NCBI GenBank assembly: GCA_000934665.2
Contig: JYFJ02000887.1
Location: 62,001 to 103,427, forward strand
Origin: Catajapyx aquilonaris
Taxonomy: Eukaryota
Length of the DNA: 41,427 nt
Reading direction: 5' to 3'
Numbering within the stretch: position 1 is the stretch's first letter; the number at the start of each line of letters is the position of its first letter. This document shows, piece after piece, positions 37,503 through 41,427 of this stretch. The notes beneath the pieces are model-generated. The model was not told the origin of the DNA, searched no databases, and was given only the letters and a program-made list of their open reading frames with translations. Both the position numbers and the translations under genes were made by a program.

Positions 37503-40500
37503 AGCCACGCAATGCTTGACACCTTTGCCGGACCATTTCGCCCTTTCCTCCGACTCCACTATATCAAATAATGCGCGCATACACTCCAAGCGGCACTCCT
37601 GCACGATTCTAATCAAAGAAAACATTTATAACTCGAGATGTTGACTGAACTGTACTGAACACGCTGCGAGGCCTATGGGCAGCTATTCAATGCAAAACCA
37701 CAAACTCTATGCGTCCAAGCGAAACGATGCGAGCATTTAAAAATATTATAAAACGCCGTTCCTTCCGAAGGGTTTAAACAGACAACTCGGGTACCTATTT
37801 TCCTGGCATGACGTCCTCTACGTACCAAATGCACAAAGGACATCGAATCAGTTTTCATGAAAAAAGGCACTGTTGACAGTACTAAACTCGGCGGGAAGCC
37901 TGGACAGCAACTTGGATCTAGATTCTAGAATTTCATTTCTACATTCGCAGGGGGGAAAAGGTCCTAACACACGGTCCTGGTTGACATAAACTTTAGAGGT
38001 GGCGGCAAAAGGGCGCAAACCCACGAGGCGAGAATAGCTCGTCCCGCCTGCATAATCCAGCATGCGGGCGAAATTCTCTCATCTCCATTCCTCCCAAGGT
38101 CCTCTCCAGCAGGTCACCATACAGCCCACTTCCTTTTTTTCTGTTTGTTTAATTGCGACTGCGGGCGCAGAACTATCTCCCCGCAATAAACCGCCCATCC
38201 TGCTTATGTATGCAATACGCAGACTTTCACGCTTTGGAGTGATCCGTCACCTACGCAGTCAAAGAATGTTATCACGTAGGATGTGTCATCTGTATAGGAC
38301 ACCTATTTTGCTAAGATCTTTGGTACGCTCCTCTGACCCTGCACAATAAACCGACATTCGATCTGCAACTGGCACAGATGCTGGCTCCCTGCTGTGGTCT
38401 CATCAAACCTCTGCGGCCTGATGATGACACGACGTTCGGTGTCGTGCATGTGGCAATGAACCTGGGTGTTACCCCGGGAGGGACCCCCGGCCGAGACAGG
38501 AAAACCCTGGGATCAACGGGATAGAAGGGTTGGGGGTTGCCCAGGCAACCAGATGCGGGAACCAGTATCAAAGTCAGCCGGGGCCTGGGGGAACATGTGG
38601 CCAAAGTTCCTCCACCTCTGGTCGTCGGGGGCAACAGGCCCTAGATTTCGGGAACCTTCTCTTTTGAAAACTCCACATTTCAGTATTCGATTACCTGTGC
38701 ACTGTTACATAACAGCCAGGCACACTCGGTGACACCAGATCTCAAATATGCCTATTGTTCCGGTTCGCCTGTGATAAGTGCCTCCCGAGACAATCCGGCA
38801 TGGTACCCGCATCGCTTCGCTTCGATCATCAGCCGCGCAGCATCAATTTGACAGATTCGAAGTTGAGCCGTTCCCCACGGCAAATCCTATCCGACTCCTC
38901 GCAAATGCCTCCAGAATTACTGCGCCCTAAAACTCATCCTGCGAATGAGCGGACAGGAGTGCAATTTCCTCCCCAAGTCACAAAAGGGAATCCACTGGGT
39001 TTTTGACAGCCCTGCCCAGGTTCCACAGGGTGCCGAACCACCTGAATCCGCTCCTAATCGCATGTAAATCGAAAAATTCCCTGGCGCGCGCACACACACG
39101 AATTTTTAAACAAGGCACGAACACACCTTCCTTCTCTCCGCTTCACTGCTGTATTGTATCATCAGACATTATCTCTATCCCGATATGGTTAACGCTCAAG
39201 ATCACATGCGCAATCTGCCTGATAAAAAAAAGAGTAAAATCTACGCTACTTGAGGGAAAACTTGCAACTTCTTCGATACGTGTACACCAGTTATCATATA
39301 TTCCATCTGCAACCTGACTTTGCAGTGGGTGAAAAAACTACTTAATATCACCCACACACAATTATTAAGTTAATGATTTTTCAATATGCCCTAGACTTAC
39401 ATTAAGTTTGCATGATCTAAGTTTGATGTGAATCGATAAAAATTAATAATAATCACTCACATTCATGAGCTACCTTGAGCACCACAGCCCAAAATAGCCA
39501 CGTTTCTTATGCTAACATTGCTGCCATAACCTGATATAAAGCATCAACTACTGCAAATGTACACGCAGCTTGCACCAGCAATACATGACTCATCCGCATG
39601 ACAAAAAATTGCATTAGGTGGTGTAACTCTACTGTAATTGTTCAGGCCTGCCTGAAGTGAACATTTCAAGGTTATCGGCATAGCTTTACAAAATATTGCA
39701 TACAAGGAAAAGATTCATTAATAAAATGATGTACTACACAGATCGTGAATTTGGTAGTACCAAACTTCCGGTACCGTACGAGGTACGACAAAGCTCCAGG
39801 AGAGGTATTGGTGACTTTTACAGTTTACAGTTTGTTTTTTTAAATGTCCGCATCAGTGGAATGAATTTTATGGAGGGAAGACCTGATAAGCTTGGCATAG
39901 AATCCATCGATTAATAAGGTGGCTTATGGAAGTTTTACAGTATAATTTTGACAAATATCTGCATCAAATCCAAGTGACAGTCATGTCATGAAATTCCAGG
40001 TTCTCATGATGGAGATTCCCTATTGTAGTCCAGTCAAAAATTGCTCTGAACACTCGTTGCATATTGACAGGATTGAATGATGCATCCTGACATTTCCCAA
40101 ACCCAGTGTACCTTGCTACTCTAAAATTCGCTAATACTGTATCAGAGCAGCAAGTATTTAACATGCAGGCGTTCAAGTCATGTTTATAAAAACTTAGAGT
40201 ATTTACCAATACGAAGCACTCTGTTTTCCATTAGCTGCTGATGCCTTCATTTCTGCTTTACGTTTTTTTAAAACTAAATGCCTCATTTTAAATAAGCATG
40301 TGCATTAGAAAATGTTAACACGCCAAATTATTTACTGAGTCAATATGTGATTATCTCTAGGATATTCATCTCTCCGCTAAACTGCAGCATTAGCATATAA
40401 TATAGTCACCTGCATGACATATAGGGTCAATCACTTGGTTAAAATCAAGGATTAACTGCCATTATTATTACCATATCGTTTCTTATAATGCTACATCAAT

Positions 40501-41028
40501 ATGAGATCCTTTATCCTGCAAATCCTTTTAAATTCGAATTTTTACAATTACTGTAAAAATTCGAATCTAAAAGCATTTTCAACTTTCTCAAGTATCAAAT
40601 ATGTGGCCACAGACAGCACAAAAAATTCCATTACTTTAATTTTGATGAAGGATTGACTTTTTCCTGGGACAGCCACAATTTTCAGTGGAAGTTCTTCCTA
40701 ATGATGAAAGATGACAAACGAAACCCAGTTTTGCTCTCTATTCCAGCCACAAAAATTATTATTTGAAAATGGCAATTCCCATTTAAAAATTCAAAATCGC
40801 CACAGGAAACGCCAGTTACCCTAAATATTTCTTTTAACGACGTAAAATAACGTGCGATTTTTTTGAGTTGCATAATATTAACAAAAAATTTCATATAATA
40901 AATTGAGGCCCTTTCACGTAAGATTCTATGCCGAGGAACAATTACTTTGGATTATGTATCAATTTAATGAATCCCTGTTTTAGTGAACTATTGGCAACTC
41001 TAAAGTCAGACAGTACCTCACAGTCCTA

Positions 41029-41051
41029 ACGATATACACACGATATACACA

Positions 41052-41082
<31 letters not shown>
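41029..41082. repeat. ACGATATACAC 11-mer tandem grading into a (TA)n microsatellite
   Basis: Two full 11-mer copies plus a partial copy, then (TA)n up to an N at 41083. Confidence 0.85.
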
Positions 41083-41099
41083 NTGGGGCTTTATATATA

Positions 41100-41183
41100 T
41101 TAGACTCGCTTTGCGAGGTGGGGGGGCTCCGCCCCCCCACACCCCCCATTGGGGCTGCGCCCCAATTGGCGCGCCTTCGGCGC
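41100..41183 (-). mobile_element. Probable terminus of a non-autonomous Helitron-like element (multi-hairpin cassette ending CTAA|T)
   Basis: Four back-to-back GC-rich hairpins with 3-nt loops. The minus strand ends ...gcgagtCTAA followed by T in a TA-rich site, matching the Helitron CTRR 3' end. 5' end not identified. Confidence 0.4.
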
Positions 41184-41225
41184 TATGCCCGTGTTCCGCC
41201 TAATCCATCCGGTTACAGAAATCAG

Positions 41226-41326
41226 TGACGTCACCGGTAGCGATGAGGAGTTTCCGAACGTGCCCTCTCTGACGTATCGTTCAAAACAGCGCTTGGGATG
41301 ACAGGTGGGACCGTCTGTGACGTATC
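41226..41326. promoter_or_regulatory. CRE cluster: one full TGACGTCA plus two TGACGTATC half sites
   Basis: TGACGTCA at 41226-41233; tgacgtatc at ~41270 and ~41318. Confidence 0.3.
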
Positions 41327-41427
41327 ATTGTCACGCCAGGTTTGAGTAGTGTAAGCAAATCCCAGGGGGTGTATGGGAGGGGGTGGGCCATTGTTCTCCT
41401 TCTTTACGACCATCTGCGGGCAAGCCG

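Larger units (their letters stand above)
1..41427 (-). other. Long intronic region of an unidentified minus-strand gene
   Basis: No credible long ORF. Composite acceptor/donor motifs are strongly biased to the minus strand: by manual scan 7 YAG|GTRAG on minus vs 1 on plus, and 3 vs 0 for YAG|GTRAGT. The internal promoter-like module and first-exon donor are also minus-oriented. Confidence 0.6.

Noticed and set aside
39964..40209. Minus ORF with FYKHDL...LANFRV, faintly like a LINE ORF2 C-terminus
   Set aside because: Too few matching residues; would need a profile search
1..41427. CRISPR arrays, rRNA, operons, intact transposase or reverse transcriptase genes
   Set aside because: None seen; the sequence is eukaryotic non-coding in character

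Overview
Eukaryotic (metazoan, probably bilaterian invertebrate) non-coding DNA. None of the six-frame ORFs resembles a protein family I recognise, and there are no prokaryotic features. The window is best explained as part of a very long intron of a gene transcribed on the minus strand. The main signal is a series of minus-strand composite splice sites (polypyrimidine tract + YAG directly followed by a consensus donor GTRAG/GTAGGT) at ~37.5, 24.7, 18.0, 10.7 and 6.5 kb. These have the signature of recursive-splicing ratchet points, and the 24.7 kb site has a clear 36-nt cryptic exon behind it. At ~17.4-17.7 kb is a candidate internal minus-strand promoter (twin CCAAT, GC box, YY1-like site) with a first exon ending in a strong donor. 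Smaller elements: a tRNA-shaped Pol III unit with a non-canonical anticodon loop (33.6 kb), a decayed V-domain tRNA-SINE and a 25-bp TIR/TSD micro-element (29.1-29.4 kb), a ~250-bp MITE (37.2-37.4 kb), a Helitron-like terminus made of four triloop hairpins (41.1 kb), a CTCF-consensus site, five full CRE palindromes and simple repeats. Host gene and species cannot be identified from this window. All motif counts are manual scans.
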